From Peribolospora baueri (Eukaryota): a stretch of DNA of 64,000 nt. Below are positions 49,901 through 63,381 of the stretch, piece by piece. The position numbers and the translations under genes are program-made. The notes beneath the pieces are model-generated. The model saw nothing but the letters and a program-made list of their open reading frames with translations, had not been told where the DNA came from and made no database searches. The stretch lies in the NCBI GenBank assembly GCA_029717555.1, contig JAMDHS010000011.1:62001-126000 (forward strand), written 5' to 3'. Each line of letters starts with the position of its first letter. Position 1 is the stretch's first letter.

Positions 49901-50660
49901 CGCCAGGCGTGCGCTGGTCGTCTTCGTCGTCATCGTCCTCCACGCTCTCGTCGTGGCCTTGTCCCTCTCTGCCGCTCTTTCGCATCCCTCGGCCGAGGAG
50001 GGCATGCGAGGTGCGCTCGGAGAGTTGCTTTTGTTCCTCCTCTATGCCCGCGTCAGCGCCGGTGGGCGGAGCGTTGACGCGCCTCCAGCTCTTGAGCATG
50101 TCCGTATCCACGCTCGACCGCTGGACCGTCTCACCACTCCTACCGTCGCCACTTGCGGCGGATGTCTTGAACCGTAAACGCGACGCACTGGCGAGGTTCT
50201 TCATGCTCCGCCCCAGGCTCCGCAACGTCTGTCCCGTAGGCGCACGCTCAAGATCCATATCCACGTATCCGCCGTCGACGAGATCGAACCGCCGGCCACT
50301 ATCATGCACGACACCTTGGCCGTCCGGGAACAGCTCGCTGACAGTCCTCTGACTGGACCGGATCCAAGTCGGCTTCAAACCCCTTCCCCCGCTCCCCCCG
50401 TAGCCGTCATCGACGGCACGAGTGCTGCTATTTGAAAGCGCAGAGCGAAAGGACGAGGAGGAATGGACCGATCCAAGAAGAAGAGTATACACCGTACGGT
50501 CGAGGGCGCAAAAGGCGACAAGTCCGAGGACAAAAGCGGAGAAAACGGCGAAATCGGGGTGACGGAAGAAGGAGTCGCCAAAGTTGTGAGGGTCTTCGAT
50601 TATCTGGGAGGCGCAAGCGGAGGCTGCAGCAAGAGTGGCCGAGGTTGCGGACATGCGCAT
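46907..50660 (-). CDS. Hypothetical multi-pass membrane protein with long disordered loops and tail; 3' end uncertain (47548 or 46907)
   Basis: A chain of long minus-strand ORFs (50855-49425, 49371-49093, 49156-48365, 48411-47548, 47716-46907), partly joined by GT-AG introns. Several hydrophobic segments, e.g. FAVFSAFVLGLVAFCAL, LYVVIVVLSCY and ALDVALALYLLGRLII. Confidence 0.55.
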
Positions 50661-52533
50661 AGTTGCCTTTCCAGGTATTACCTTGCCGAGAGAGTGTGTG
50701 GGACGTGCGCACCGGGACGCCGCCCAAAAAACAGTGACCAAGCTGGCGGAGCAAGGAGCTTGGTCGAGAGCGTACGATGCTGACAGTTTGCGGCGGGGTT
50801 CGTGGTCGATGTTCGACACGACACCGCGGGCGAATGCGAGCCTGCTCGCTGTCACGAAGTGTCAAACAGAAGAGAACTTGCGTCTGCAGACTTGTAAATC
50901 CAAGAGAGCGTGGTGAACAAAGCCAAGCGAGGGCAGAAAGGAAAGAAGGAGAGGTAAACAAAAAAGGAGAAGGGAAAGAAGGAGGGAGGTCTGGACAGTG
51001 GAAGAGGCGGAACAACGGACGGCTCGCAACGGGATGGTGATGGAAGGAAAAGGAAGGGACTGGAGGGGTACCCGTTGAAAATGTCAGCGTGTAGATAAAT
51101 GTACGGCGTTCACGACAAGGAAGTGTCTCGAAAGACGCTCAACTCTGCGGCGACGAGGTCGACGTCTTGTTCAAAAATCGCGTACCCAAGTTGACGTGGG
51201 ATCAGCCCAACGGGGCAGGCCCATGAGTTCCTGAGGCAGGTACATCTCGGTGCAGGAGGTGAGGCTGAGCGAACGATAAGTAGTGTAACTGAGTTAGTTC
51301 AAGTACGTGGGCGGAATCTCATCTCTGCCATTTGGAGCGAGAGTAATGATGAGCAAGAGAATGGGAACACGACGTGAGTGAATAATTGAAAGTGGTCGAA
51401 TGGAGACGGCGACCGACGCACTTCGATCGCCTTGACGACGCGCGCAGTCGCGTAGATCGATCAGGTTGGCCAAGGTGGCTCTTATTCTTGTCAGAGCGCA
51501 CGTCGGACATCAGTTGGCCCACACACATGAATGGGACAACGATGATTGATTCCTCTCTGTCCTGACGACAAACGGGCGTCTGCTGACTCTTAAGCGCACC
51601 TCCGCTCGGCCGCCAAGGCTTCTCCAGTGTGGACATCATATGATTCTGCTCTTTATGCTAGCCCCTTCGCGTGATGGCTGCAATCGACCGAGAGCAAAGA
51701 CAAGGGCACATGGATGTCGATCAGAAATTTCGGCCTGGGTTCAGGGCAACGACGAAGAGGTACAACGTGAAGGTGGATATCAGCGATGTCCTCGACACTC
51801 GACGAAATGGTCTTCAGCTTCAAGGCCCGTGTCCCTCGATGTGCTCCTCCCTCCGCTGGCATCCGACGGCCGCCCCATTTGCTCCCAAGCCGTATTCCAT
51901 GTCAACCAATCTACGTGCTGGATGGCTACGCAATCAGGAGCCCGGCCGTGGAGACGCCTGCGAGGTCAGAAAATGAGGTGCTGCAAACTGACGTCGACGT
52001 CGTTCGTCGACCGGCTGACGGCACGAGGGAGGGATGAGCAAGCGCGTGCACGTGACTTTTTCGTGCTCGACGCGTCCGCGCGCCCGACAACGGACTGCCA
52101 GGGGACATGGCTGGATATGGATGATATGGACGCCCCGTCCCGGCCGGAGGCTTATGACCCTGGACGAGAACAATCAACGTACGTGCTTGAACATGGTTCC
52201 ATGCGGTGAGTGGTCGTATGTGTTTGTGACAGCGGCTCGACAGGCTTGACAGTGGGCGGCCGGAAGAAATAGCGGTGGGCGTCGCTGAAGGGAGGTGCAG
52301 ACATGATCTACGTGTAAAACTTGACACACCATGGCGCCGGTCCCGTCACCTTGCCCACTCGACTTAGGCACCACCAGCCGGCTTGTCTATACTCCACATA
52401 ATATCTAGACGTCCGTGCGGTTGCTGATACGCATGGACTCTTGTCCTTCCTCTCTGCCCGGCTGTCATCCAGTTTCGTGTAGCGCGGCATCACCGGCACC
52501 TTTCTCTTCTCTTTGATCGGCTCTCACATCACG

Positions 52534-55500
52534 ATGGCCTCCCTTTTCGATCCCGCCCCGCCACCCAAAACTCGCGCCCGGGCCGATCCGGACTCTAGGA
52601 CGCTCATGTCCCCCACCTTCTCTTCCCCACCTCCCCGTTCGCCTTCTTCGAGCCGACTTCCCAACACCCGCACCACCAGCTCCCCGTCGTCCCCAAAGAG
52701 GCAAGCTGGCGGCACGCCAATTGCCGCTAGGACCAGGTCTCGCACCATCACCAGCTCAAGTAGCCGCACAAACGGCATGGACGAGGACACCGCAACCCCC
52801 TTCGACACGTCGCAGCAACACCATGCGTTGAGGTTGCTCTCCGGCAAGGAGAGAATTCCTTTCACACCCACGCGAGGGAACAGTCTCCGGCGACAGCGGA
52901 GTCCCACGTACCCTGGGCCTGGCGGCAGTCGGAAGAAGGTGTTGCTGGACCAAACTGGCCACACAGACGGCGGCGCTGATGACGATGATGGTGCGCTCAC
53001 GGTAGGGACAAAAGACGGCATTCTTCGGGAGAGCAGAAAGGAGAACACCAGCCCACCCCAGCGCACCGCCGTGCCTTCTTCCAAACCCAAGTCCACCCTT
53101 TACAAACCTGGTCAACAGTCCAGCGTGCAGGCGCAGCCGCACCGGCCGATGAAGACGGCAGCAACGCGTTTTTTGGCCGAGAACATGGGCCCGTCTAACT
53201 CGCGTGGCATTTCCGGGTCCAGTGCGACGCCGAGTGGGGCGGGAATCACGACTCAAGGAGCTGCGGGCGGCCGTTTCTCGCCTTCTCCATCATTCTACGC
53301 CTTCTCCCGTCCTGGCTCCCCGAATCCTAACGGCGGCTCTTCTTCCACCCCCACCACACCCGTGATCCGCGCTCGCGTCACCCAAGACGTGCGCTCGAGG
53401 CTCGCCAACTCCTCCGCATCTTCCACGCCTCGTGGAACAGGTGCCGGAGCAGCACGCTGGGCGTCCGACGTGACAGGACTTCAAAACGCCGAAGAGGTCA
53501 TAGTCAATGCCGATTCGCAGGCTTGTGGGTGGGAAGGAGTAGGAGACGAGAGTATGGAGAGTTCCGCGAGCGCGGTTGGTACGGTTCCCGAGGCGGGTAC
53601 GACTATGGGGAAGGGCAAGGAAAGCGTCTTTGTTTGTGTGCGGTGAGTGGGGCATCCCCTCTTCCCTTTGCTTATTTTTCCCTTTCGTGCGTCTATGAGC
53701 GTGCAGCGGCCGAAGGTTTGCTCACCTTGGCTCTATACATTGCCTTCATCTCTTCAGCATTCGACCACCACGGCAGGACGAGAGAGACGCATGGAAGGTC
53801 GCATCCTCTGGCGCGCTAAAGCTGAAGGACGAGTACCGAGCCATGGCCAGTGAGAGCTTAAACAGAGAGATCCAATTCGGTAAGTTCTCTCTTCCCTTTG
53901 ATTTCACATAGTGTCCGAGGTCCAGTTGTTTTTTTGTGGCTGATGTTTCTTTGTCTTTCGAACTTTACCAACTTCAAGACTCGATTTTGAAAGAAGTGAC
54001 GAACAAGGACGTTTACAAGGCCGCTGCGAGGGATCTGGTGCGCAGCTGCATGGAAGGATATGACGCTGTCGTCTTTGCATACGGGTAAGCTCCCAGCGTG
54101 TTTCCTTCTCGCTCATCATGTTCTGCCCAGCGTATACTTTTGCATCATCTCGGGCAACCTGCCCATTCCCACCGTTTTCTTTACCGCCAGCCAAACCGCT
54201 TCGGGCAAGACCTTCACTCTCTCAGGCCACCCGTCCGACAAAGGAATCATCTCACGCTCTGTCGCCGACATCTTCTTCTATATTCGCCGCCATCCTGACC
54301 GAGAATTCCTTCTGCGGGCTAGCTATTTGGAAATCTATAACGAGGTGCTCAGGGATTTGCTCGATCCGGCCGGTCAGCCCAGACTTGGGGAGGACCGAGG
54401 CGTGAGTAGCTCGCTGAGAGTGGAAACGACCACATGTGGTTCTCTCCCTTCCTATATTTTGCTCGTTTCGCCGTCGCGCTCACACGACGCTCAACTTCTT
54501 GTCTCCCACCCTCCCAGCAGTCATCCAATGGCGTCTTCGTCCATCCCCTTCGCGAGGAACTCGTAACCTCACCCCAGCAGATTGAGGAGCTTTTGGCCCG
54601 TGGACAGCAGAATCGAGCCGTCGGACAGACGGACTGGAACGAGAGATCTAGCAGGAGCCACGCTTGTTTACAGATTGTGAGTTCCTCGCGATCCTTTATG
54701 CTCTTACTGATGCATAAGCATTGCATTTTGACGTTTAGACGTGCCTGACCTTACGCATTCGTCTGACTGCCCCCACTGCACCGAGCAGGTTATCGAATCT
54801 CGTGCCCGAGTCTCCACTATGGAATCTGAATCAGAGGCGTTCCTACAGCCTCGGACGCCGGGCAAAGCCCGTCTGACAAGCAAGGGCGGGCCGGTGAGGG
54901 TCAGCCAGCTGAGTCTGATTGACCTTGCGGGGAGCGAAAAGTACACGGGTCAGGCAGATCGGAGGGCAGAGGGTGCTCATATCAACAAAAGGTGCGTGTT
55001 TGCGAACTCCTGAGTGACAGTAACTGCGAGACCATAGTGTAGGAACGGGGCGAGGAGATGCCGAGTCCATCGACACTGACTTGTGTTTCCTGTTCTGGCT
55101 CTTGGGGCTTCAGCTTGCTAACTCTTGGCACGGTCATCGCGAGCTTGTCTGATGACAAAAGGAAAGAGTGGGTACACCTCGCCTCAAGAGCTGTAGGGAG
55201 GACTAGCGAGACTATCGACTGATTGGCTGACGACCTCTCCTCCGAACCTTATAACTGAATTCCAAATTACAGCGGCGCGCACATCCCCTTCAGAGACTCG
55301 AAGCTCACTAGACTCCTTCAGAACTCGCTTTCGGGCAACGCGCGGATTAGCGTGATCTGCACGCTTTCCCCCTCGCCCGCTATGTTGGCCGAATCCGCAT
55401 CCACGCTGCTTTTTGCGCAACGCGCAAAGAAGGTATCCGTTGAGGCTAGTAGGAACGAGGTGGAAGACGAGAAAGCGGTGATATGGCGATATCAGAAGGA

Positions 55501-56759
55501 GATCGAGGAGCTCAAGAGACAGGTCGGCGTGCTGAAGTCGGAGGGTGACAGGACGCCGGTGGCGAGCCCTACGAAAAGGTCATCGGAGAGCGAGGTCGCC
55601 AAACAGGAGATCCAACAAAGGCTGCAGTTGCTCGAAAAAGTTATTCTCAGTAGCGCCACGGTGGACGAGGAGGAGAGCGGCGAGGTGCGTCTCTTTCGTC
55701 TCCTTCTGGGATTCACGACGAGAGCGAAACTGACCCGTGCTTTGTATGTTGTCCGTTTCTCAGACGCTCCCGCCCCGACCGGTCAGCCCGGCCAAAGATG
55801 AAGGGTTCAGCTTCAACGACCCTCCTCTTGTGGTGAGTTAACTCGCTACGTTGGCCTGCATTGCTTATTGCTCATGGCCTTGTCATTGACGGTATGCGAA
55901 ACGGTATTTCTGTAGCTTCAACAAAAGCTTTACCTGGCGGAACAGCGAATATCGGCTCTTAGGGCCGAGCTCTCTCTCCGTCCCTCCGTGCCAGCTGATG
56001 CCTCTCCCTCTTCCAAAGACGCGCACATCCTCCAACTTGAGCGGGAGATGCGAGAGCTGCAAGTTGTGGTGGAAGGGCAGGAGGCGGGCTTGGCAGAGGC
56101 GCCAAGGAAAATTAGGGAGGACGTGGAGGTGGAGTGGAAAGGAAAATTGGAGGAGGAGATCAAAAGGAGGGAGGAGGCTGAAGCTTTCGCCAAGGAGCAG
56201 ACCAGGGAGCTTGTCAGGCTGAAGGAAATGCTTTTGAGGTTGGAAAAGGTGAGTGACCTGCTCATGTGAATAGGCTCGCTAACAGCAAGCCCTTTGCTGA
56301 CAAGACTTCTGTGCTCGCCATCCGTAGGACAATCAACAACTGAAATTGCTTGCTTGCCAGCAGACCTCTGCAATGGTCGCATCTCTATTCGGCGACGGCC
56401 GCAATCCGTCCGGCTCGGAATCCGCGAACCTCCCTGTCGTCCATCATCAGCCCCATCCCGCCACCTGCTCCCCCAGCCTCCAATCTTCAGCTTTCCCCGC
56501 CTCGCGTTCCCCGCTACTGGGGACTGGTTCAAGCAAACTTCCTGTCACAGTCGGAGGAAGTGGTAAAGCTCTTAGGACCATGATCCCTGGCCCAGGCCAC
56601 AGAAAGCCTCGCCGATCGGTCTCGACGGACCAGATTGCGCTTCTGAGAGCCAAGCACGAGAAGCAGAGACGTGGTGGGGAGGAGCTTTGGCGGACTGAGG
56701 TGAACGAGGAGGGCAGAAGGGAGGGACCAGAGGGGGAAGGAGAGCAGGAGATGTGGTGA
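52534..56759 (+). CDS. Kinesin motor, kinesin-7 (Kip2/KipA/CENP-E-like), with a long disordered N-terminus and coiled-coil tail
   Basis: VFVCVRIRP, spliced P-loop VFAYGQTASGKT, SYLEIYNE, TDWNERSSRSH, LSLIDLAGSE and HIPFRDSKLTRLLQNSLSGNARISVICT. Confidence 0.92.
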
Positions 56760-57051
56760 TGCTGGCAGAGGCGAAGCAGGTGAATGAAGGAACGGAACCG
56801 CCCGTCCAATCTTGGCTTGCATCCCGGACATAATTCGATTCGAGAGACTCTATCCCTTCTCTTCTTTTCTCTTTTCCCATACCCAATCCATTTTGTAACG
56901 CCTATCCTTCCATACTTCATATGGTTCCTCGTCTCCTGTCGCAGCTACCTTTCATAAAGCCGCACTGATGCTTAACTTTGACTCCATTCCATCCAACTTC
57001 CATGCCGAAGGGCCACCTATCGCACACGAGGTACACGGAGAAATCTCGCCT

Positions 57052-57864
57052 CTATTTTTTTCGGATGCCGTGCTGCACCTTGGGGCCCCACCTGAACAAC
57101 AGAGACAGACGAGGCAAGACCGAAGCGAGAATGAAAGGTGTGGTACGATGGTTAGTGAACGAGAAAACCTCTTCGAGCATAGATGGCTTCAAGCTGGAGT
57201 GAACTAAAGGAGCAGACAAGCTGGCCAACTAGCACGGCAGGAGTCGCTCTAGAATCCGCTAGAGTACTCACCCTCTGACCTTCTTCTTCGGCTTGAGTTG
57301 CACGGCAAAGTCCTTTGGGTCGAGGCCTTGGCGGTACTTCTCCAAAGACCACAGCAGATACCTCACATTGCCGATCGAGAAGAAATGAATCGAAGGTAAG
57401 CACCAGTGGACAACAGATGGAAAACAAGCCAGACTAATTATCGCAAGCTGATTCTCGCATATCATCCAGCCGAGGGCGACTCACCTCCTATCCTGAATTG
57501 GCAAACCAGCAGCCTTGAGGTCGTCACCCCGAACGGTGAAGAGCGACTCCCAAGACTCAGCCCACGGGGCGGACTCATGCGCCTTCATGTCCCGCCCCCG
57601 GCCAGATATAGCGGAGAGGAAGTCGGAGGGGGTGCTCATGGATCCTGCAGTTATCCAAACGCAGAATTGGTGAGCCGAAAGGGTCGTGAAAAGGTGGAGA
57701 CAAGCAACAGCGGTTCGCTTACCTCGTGGCGGCGGAGGAGCCGGCTGGGCCTTGCCGCCATGCATGCATCGGGCACCCCTGGGATGAACGATCGCCTCAG
57801 CGGCCACCCTTTCCACCCCTTGGACGAAGAGAGAAGAGGACAACGCTCTCCGGGCAGCGAACAT
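57052..57864 (-). CDS. FYV4: Mitochondrial small-subunit ribosomal protein mS41 / FYV4 (IGR domain), 4 exons
   Basis: TPSDFLSAISGRGRDM...WESLFT...LKAAGLPIQDRRYLLWSLEKYRQG...PKKKVRGWGPKVQHG, with a presequence-like N-terminus. Confidence 0.8.
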
Positions 57865-58782
57865 CTTGCTCGTATTAGATACTCGATGTTTGGAGAGTAA
57901 GAGGAAGGCCTTCGAGGACGATCACAGGTCTTCTTGCTGCGGCAACATGACAGTGGCCTCAGCAATTGACCATCATCATCTTTCCAATCAATGTATCAGG
58001 CTGAAATACGGGCCCTTGTTTGCACCCGACGAGCTTTAAAAGCCATCTTCCGGTACGCCTCTCATTCGGTGCTCGCCCATCAAGAACAGCTCGGGTCTGT
58101 TTTGCGGCACACCGACGGAAGGATATGAGTCAAGTCGGTCGAAGTCTTGGTCATTTGCCCTAACTTCACAACGTAAATATTTTTTCTGTAGGTATTGAAA
58201 CTTTGCAGGTTCGCTCTGAAAGCGAACCTCGTCAACACCTTAACGAATCTCCGCTCTTAAAGATACACTGTAAATTTCCACATCTACGGATTCTTGTTGT
58301 CCTCGCCAACAGCGTCCTCCACGGACAATCGCTGATCGCGTGTGGAAGGACGGGCGTGGGCACTGGATTGATTGGCCCCAAGGCATCTTTGGGTTTGGAA
58401 ATTTCAAGGAGTGGGCTCAACTTCGTTGTCTGGAACGCTCGTCCCACCTTGCACGACGTCCGCCTCTCAGATAGTGACATGCCGACAAAGGACAGGCTTT
58501 ACAGTCCTGGACAATGAGGCCCCAGCCGGATTATTTTGGGTCCCTCCCGTGCCTTGGGCTTCCTGGCTCGCTGGAGCAAGCTCGAGGTGGTCTGCCAGCG
58601 TTTGACCGCTTGCCCATTTGGCGGACGGTGGAAAATTGGCGTGGAGACTGGGGACGAGTGCTACGTCAAAACTGGACCGGGAGGAATAAGGACGGGACAG
58701 AAAAGAAGAAATGAAAAGAGGGACGCGGACATTGACATCGGCGAAGGGCGCCGCGTTCGCATGTCACATGCCCACGGGACCG

Positions 58783-60698
58783 TCACTCCACAGCAGCGTC
58801 GCCAGTACCACTGCTCTCGCTCTCTATCAGCTCGCTCTTTCCGTTCGCATCCCTACCACGCCTCCTAAGCCTCCTCTTCTCCTCCTTCGCTTTCTTCCTC
58901 GTCTCCTCCTCAACGCCCACGCTTTCGTCCTGAAACTTCCTCCAGTTCTCTTCCAACCTGTCCACACACTCCTCAACTGCCCATCCCCGAACTTTGGCGA
59001 TAACGCCCATGATCGACCACACCCGCTCTGCGAGATTGGACGCGGAGTGCCAATCGCTTTCGGCTAGCAGTCGGGTGGGAGAACAGGCGAGGATGGCGGA
59101 GGGAAGGGAGGCGGAACGGGAGTTGATGGTGCTGGAATAATACAGAAATGACGAAGGAATGAGCGTCGCCGTCCTTCTTTAACCCTGGAAGCATCGTGCT
59201 CGCTCTCTGCCAACTCAGGAAGCGCACGTGGAGAACGAGCAGAAAACGTTAGAATGAGCGGCCTACGTGCAGGGAACGGGGGGCGTCGGAACGAAGCAGA
59301 AGTCAGGACGAGGCGTCGCAGTAGCACCAGAATCGCCGACCTATTTCCAATCTCATCCGAACGTCCTTCACGCCACTCACCTGCAAGCGCTGGATAGCCT
59401 GAGCGCTCATGGTGCAGCTATGCAAGTCCACATTGCACCTTCGTTCCCACTCCGCTCCCCATCGTTTCTTACATCGCGCGAAAAGGTCGATGGTGGCCCC
59501 AGGCGCGCGGACGCTGTGTAGAGACACATTCCTCCCCAGTCGGAAGGCCACCTCCAGTTGGGCTTCTAGGATTACCAGTTGGTGCGAGAGCGGAGTTTGG
59601 AGGGAGGTAAGAGTGCGGCGGGATGGGTTTACGGAGGAGGAAGAAGAAGAGGCGGCCGGCGGAGCAGGAGGCGTGTAGGTGGAAGCGCCCGAGTCCAGCT
59701 CCGCATGCGTAGCCGGAGCCACACCCGCGGCTAGTCCGGCTTTCCCCAAAGCAGAAGAAAGCGGCGGTGGCTTGCGAGTGTAAGGGACCTCTGGCAGTCG
59801 GAATACTCTATCCAGCCCCACCTCTCCGAGTAAAGCCTCCGGGTGACTCTCGAGATTTCGTTCCAACGTCTGCAGGACGTCGAAAAGAGCTACCGGCGGA
59901 GGCAACTTCGAAAGGAGGCGATCTAGCTCTCCGGTGTCCAAAGAGGAATCTCCAGAAGACTGGAAGAGCGATAGGTAGTGCTCCTCTGCCGTAGGCGGTG
60001 GTGACTGAAGGCAAATAGTGTGAGCAAACCAGGGATGGTAGCCTGGACACGAAGGCGGAGACGCAGGAACCATTCGTTCGACAAAAATAAATCAGAAAAC
60101 TCAATACACAGAATCTGTGCACCGTTGACATGGCCCGTTAGGGTACCCGTCAGCTTACCAAAAGCCGGCACCACCTTTTCACCGTTCCTCTCGGCCAACG
60201 CCTTCACGAGCTCCTGATCGCCCACGGAGGTGGCCATCGCGCACACCTTGCCGAGTTTGACGTCCCTCATCTTCTCCGAAAGCGCTTCTACACACGCCCA
60301 TGGATCTGGGTCATCTGTGGGGTGGCAATGGGCTATAGATTTCACGGAGAGTCAAGTGGGAAGAAGAGTTGCCCACGTTACCCGACTGCTCGTTCACTCA
60401 ATGTAATATTGGTCATTTGCAGTTAACACCAATCGCTCACCCTGAACGACGATGGGATTGTCACAGGCCAAGGACAACAGAGAGGAAGGGGCATCAGGGA
60501 AGGCGAAGGGAGGAAAACCCTGTGAGTCCGACGGCTGCACTCTTCTCCTTTTCCACCACAGACCGTCTCGCGCGGTCGGATTGGAGCTTCGAAACCTCCG
60601 CCGCCACTCACGTCCACAAGCCTCTCCCACAAGTGATCCGGTGGGATGCTCAAAGGCGGTTCCTCCGCCTGGGTCCCGTCGCCATCTCGTGCACACAT
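58783..60698 (-). CDS. TatD-family metal-dependent hydrolase (Scn1-like)
   Basis: LVDAHCHPTD (needs the 1-nt exon at 60441), VVPAFGYHPWF, LLGEVGLDR, VSLHSVRA, DLHSC, LLAESD and LEENWRKF. Confidence 0.88.
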
Positions 60699-60938
60699 AT
60701 TAGTGGTCCTTGATCGGAGGACGGGACATGTGAACGGAGTGGGCAATCTTAGTTGGAGAAGCATAACCACGCTTGATTCTACCGGAGATCGATCGCGCCG
60801 CAGCACGCTGTTGATTGCCGCCGGGTCAAGACGGTGCTCGACTTCAGAACGGACGCTCATCACGAAGGAAGGTCAGCGCGCTTCAACGAACACACACGCA
60901 CACTAGCATTGTCCTCGCTAACCCACAAACACTCCAGC

Positions 60939-61783
60939 ATGAGCGATCCCACCGCCATCAAGCGCCAGCTTACCATCAAGGCCAACGTCGTAAAGAGGTC
61001 AGTGGAAATGGACGAACCGCGCGCGCGTTCGCATCGAGTCGTCATCCATTGACCGTCTGTCGTCGTCGCCTTCCTATTCTCCGTCTCTCCCGCCTCGGCC
61101 TTGTATTCGCTCTCTCTGGTGAACATGGGTTCCATTTGCTGAACTTACGCGGAGACAGGTTGGCCAAGGAGGAGGTCGCGTACGAAAAGGAGGCGGAAGA
61201 TCAGCGGAAGAAGGTGGACAAGATGGTGGAGGAAGGCAAAGACGAATATGACGTTAAGAAGCAGGTGAGTCGGATTGGGACAAGACCAGATTGTGTTATC
61301 AGGTCATTCGTCCGGTGCCGCCTCCATTCGCTTTGAAACTGATTCGTCTTGCCGACTCTTTCCTCGCTCTTCCCGCTTTCCTTTCTCCCGTCCTCTCCCC
61401 ACTTATCCGCTTCCCCCTTAAGCGCGAGGTTCTTCAAGACTGTCTGCAGATGATTCCTGATTGCCAGAAGCGCCTCGCTTCCGCGGTCGGCGACCTCAAG
61501 TCGCTGGTGGTAAGTCGGCGTTGGCTTGTTGAGTCCCCGTGGCGGTTGCTCTAGGTGGTCGATCGGGACTCGCCACCGACGGCGCACACGTTGTGTTCTC
61601 TTGATTGTCTGACTTTCCCACGCCGGTTTTCTTGCCTTTTTATTATTCACGGCATCCGTCCCGTCCCATATCCCTTCTTCCGGTGCGCAGGAATCTCTCG
61701 ACACGTCGCTCGCCGAGACGGAGGAGTACAAGAAGGCCTTCGAGACTATCTCCGAGCTCGCCTCTCCTTCTGCTTCTTCCTGA
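60939..61783 (+). CDS. RBL2: Tubulin-binding cofactor A (Rbl2/TBCA), 4 coding exons
   Basis: IKRQLTIKANVVKRLAKEEVAYEKE...DEYDVKKQREVLQDCLQMIPDCQKRL. A probable 5'-UTR intron ends just before the ATG (ctaac...ccag C ATG). Confidence 0.9.
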
Positions 61784-62319
61784 AGCTCTGATCTAATCGC
61801 GGGCGAATAGGGGCGCATAAAATTCGGAGTGACGCATGAGCGATCGTCCGCACCGCCTTCCCGGCTTCAACACGCTCTCGGCCTCTCTATTTCGAAACTG
61901 ATTGACGCTCCCTGCTCCCTTCCCCTTCGTTGTTCTTGACCTTGAACCTTCTTACCTCCATTGAATGCCACTCTCTTACGACCCTTGAGTCGTACTTGGC
62001 GGCGACTTTGGTGTGTCCAGCGATATACCTCGTTTATTCCTTCTGTCGTCGTTAGCGTCGTTCATCGTCTCCGTGCCCGTGTTCACAACACAATATGATC
62101 GGGGGCAATCCCAGCTCGTGAGATCCGATTCGAGAATAGGCGTGTCCTATTGTTGTGAATGCAAGTTGTGGCGTGCGGGAATGATGCAAGAAGTGGTACT
62201 TTGTCATGGGGAAGGAAGGGGTTGAAAGGGGCTAGACGTGTGGAGACAGCGTCAAATCATCCAATCGCCAAATCGATCATTGGCTTGCCGGAAAGCTAGT
62301 TTTAAGGAAGGAAGGATGG

Positions 62320-63102
62320 CTAGAGGTAAGCGAGAGTGAAGATGCGCGCGGAGGGCGCAAGCACGAGGAGAACGGGAGAAGAGGGCGCCTTGCGCGAGTG
62401 GCCCAACGGCATCTACCTCGACGACGCTATCAGGAGTGAGAGCGCTGTCGGTCTCGAGGAACCGCTTGTTGTCCAAAACGAACGAGCTGGTGCTGCTCGG
62501 CGAACTTGGACCAGCCTCACTTTGTCCAGCACCACGAGACGTGCCACCGCCCATATCTCCTTGGCAGGGTAGACCATCACCGGGTCCTGCGAGGATTTCG
62601 TCCAGCTCGAGAATGTGAGAGTCGCGAGCCAGAAGGCCCAGTGCCTAAAGTCGGAGTAGCTGGTGTCATTATTAACAGAGAAGAGGGTAGAGAGGCGCAG
62701 TGGCCCTGCTCGAGGAGCGCCGCGATGGTTTGGTAGGAAGCCATCCACGGCACTGAACCGTGGGACAGGGGAAAGGGTGAGGATCATGAGGCGTCTCTGC
62801 TCAGGGAGAAAGGAGTGAAGCCAGGTGACATGCTCGTCCGTGGACAGGAAGATGTGTTCGAGATAAGACATGCACCCAAGGGCCGGACGATGAAGACGGA
62901 AGGAAGAGGGATGAGAGGCGGAAAGACCGTAGGAAGGAAGAAAGTCGTCAGCGGGTATCCAAATTAACTCGACGCCGACGACGTCAGTCAGGGGAGCACG
63001 ACGAAAAAAACATGGCCGGCGAATTCCACACCTCCAACAGCGCCTGGAAGCCAAACAAACTCGAGCACCTGCACGAACGGTTCGGATCATGTAATGGGCC
63101 AT
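62320..63102 (-). CDS. Possible small multi-exon hypothetical protein
   Basis: 235-codon ORF at 62413-63120 with phase-compatible splice sites (GG|gtgcat...ttcag|T GCC; AAA|gtgagg...gtag). No recognisable family. Confidence 0.3.
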
Positions 63103-63381
63103 GTCGTCGCTCACGGCCACGTCTCAGCGACTTGGGATGATCGACCGATCGCTCGCAGCGGATCGACTGCGGCCACCGTCAAGAGCGACGTTCATATCCT
63201 CAAAAAAGCTTCTCCAGTCGACTGTAGTCACCCACAAACCGGTCCGCCCGCTGAAGGATTGCCCACTGTCTCTAAAACCGTCTCGACTGAATCACGCTTG
63301 CACTAAGAAGAGCTCTTATGGAATGAGCTTTTGCAAGCAGGACAATCGACGCTCTGGAGTGCTCCACCAACAGCGGCGAAG

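Noticed and set aside
52070..52075. ACGCGT (MCB-like) upstream of the kinesin gene
   Set aside because: A single hexamer in GC-rich DNA is expected by chance.
51000..52500. Short ORFs in the long intergenic region (e.g. 51640-52209)
   Set aside because: No recognisable domain or coherent exon chain; no ncRNA structure recognised.
7441..61783. Alpha-tubulin, kinesin-7 and tubulin cofactor A in one window as a microtubule cluster
   Set aside because: Separated by many unrelated genes over more than 50 kb; chance is sufficient without synteny data.
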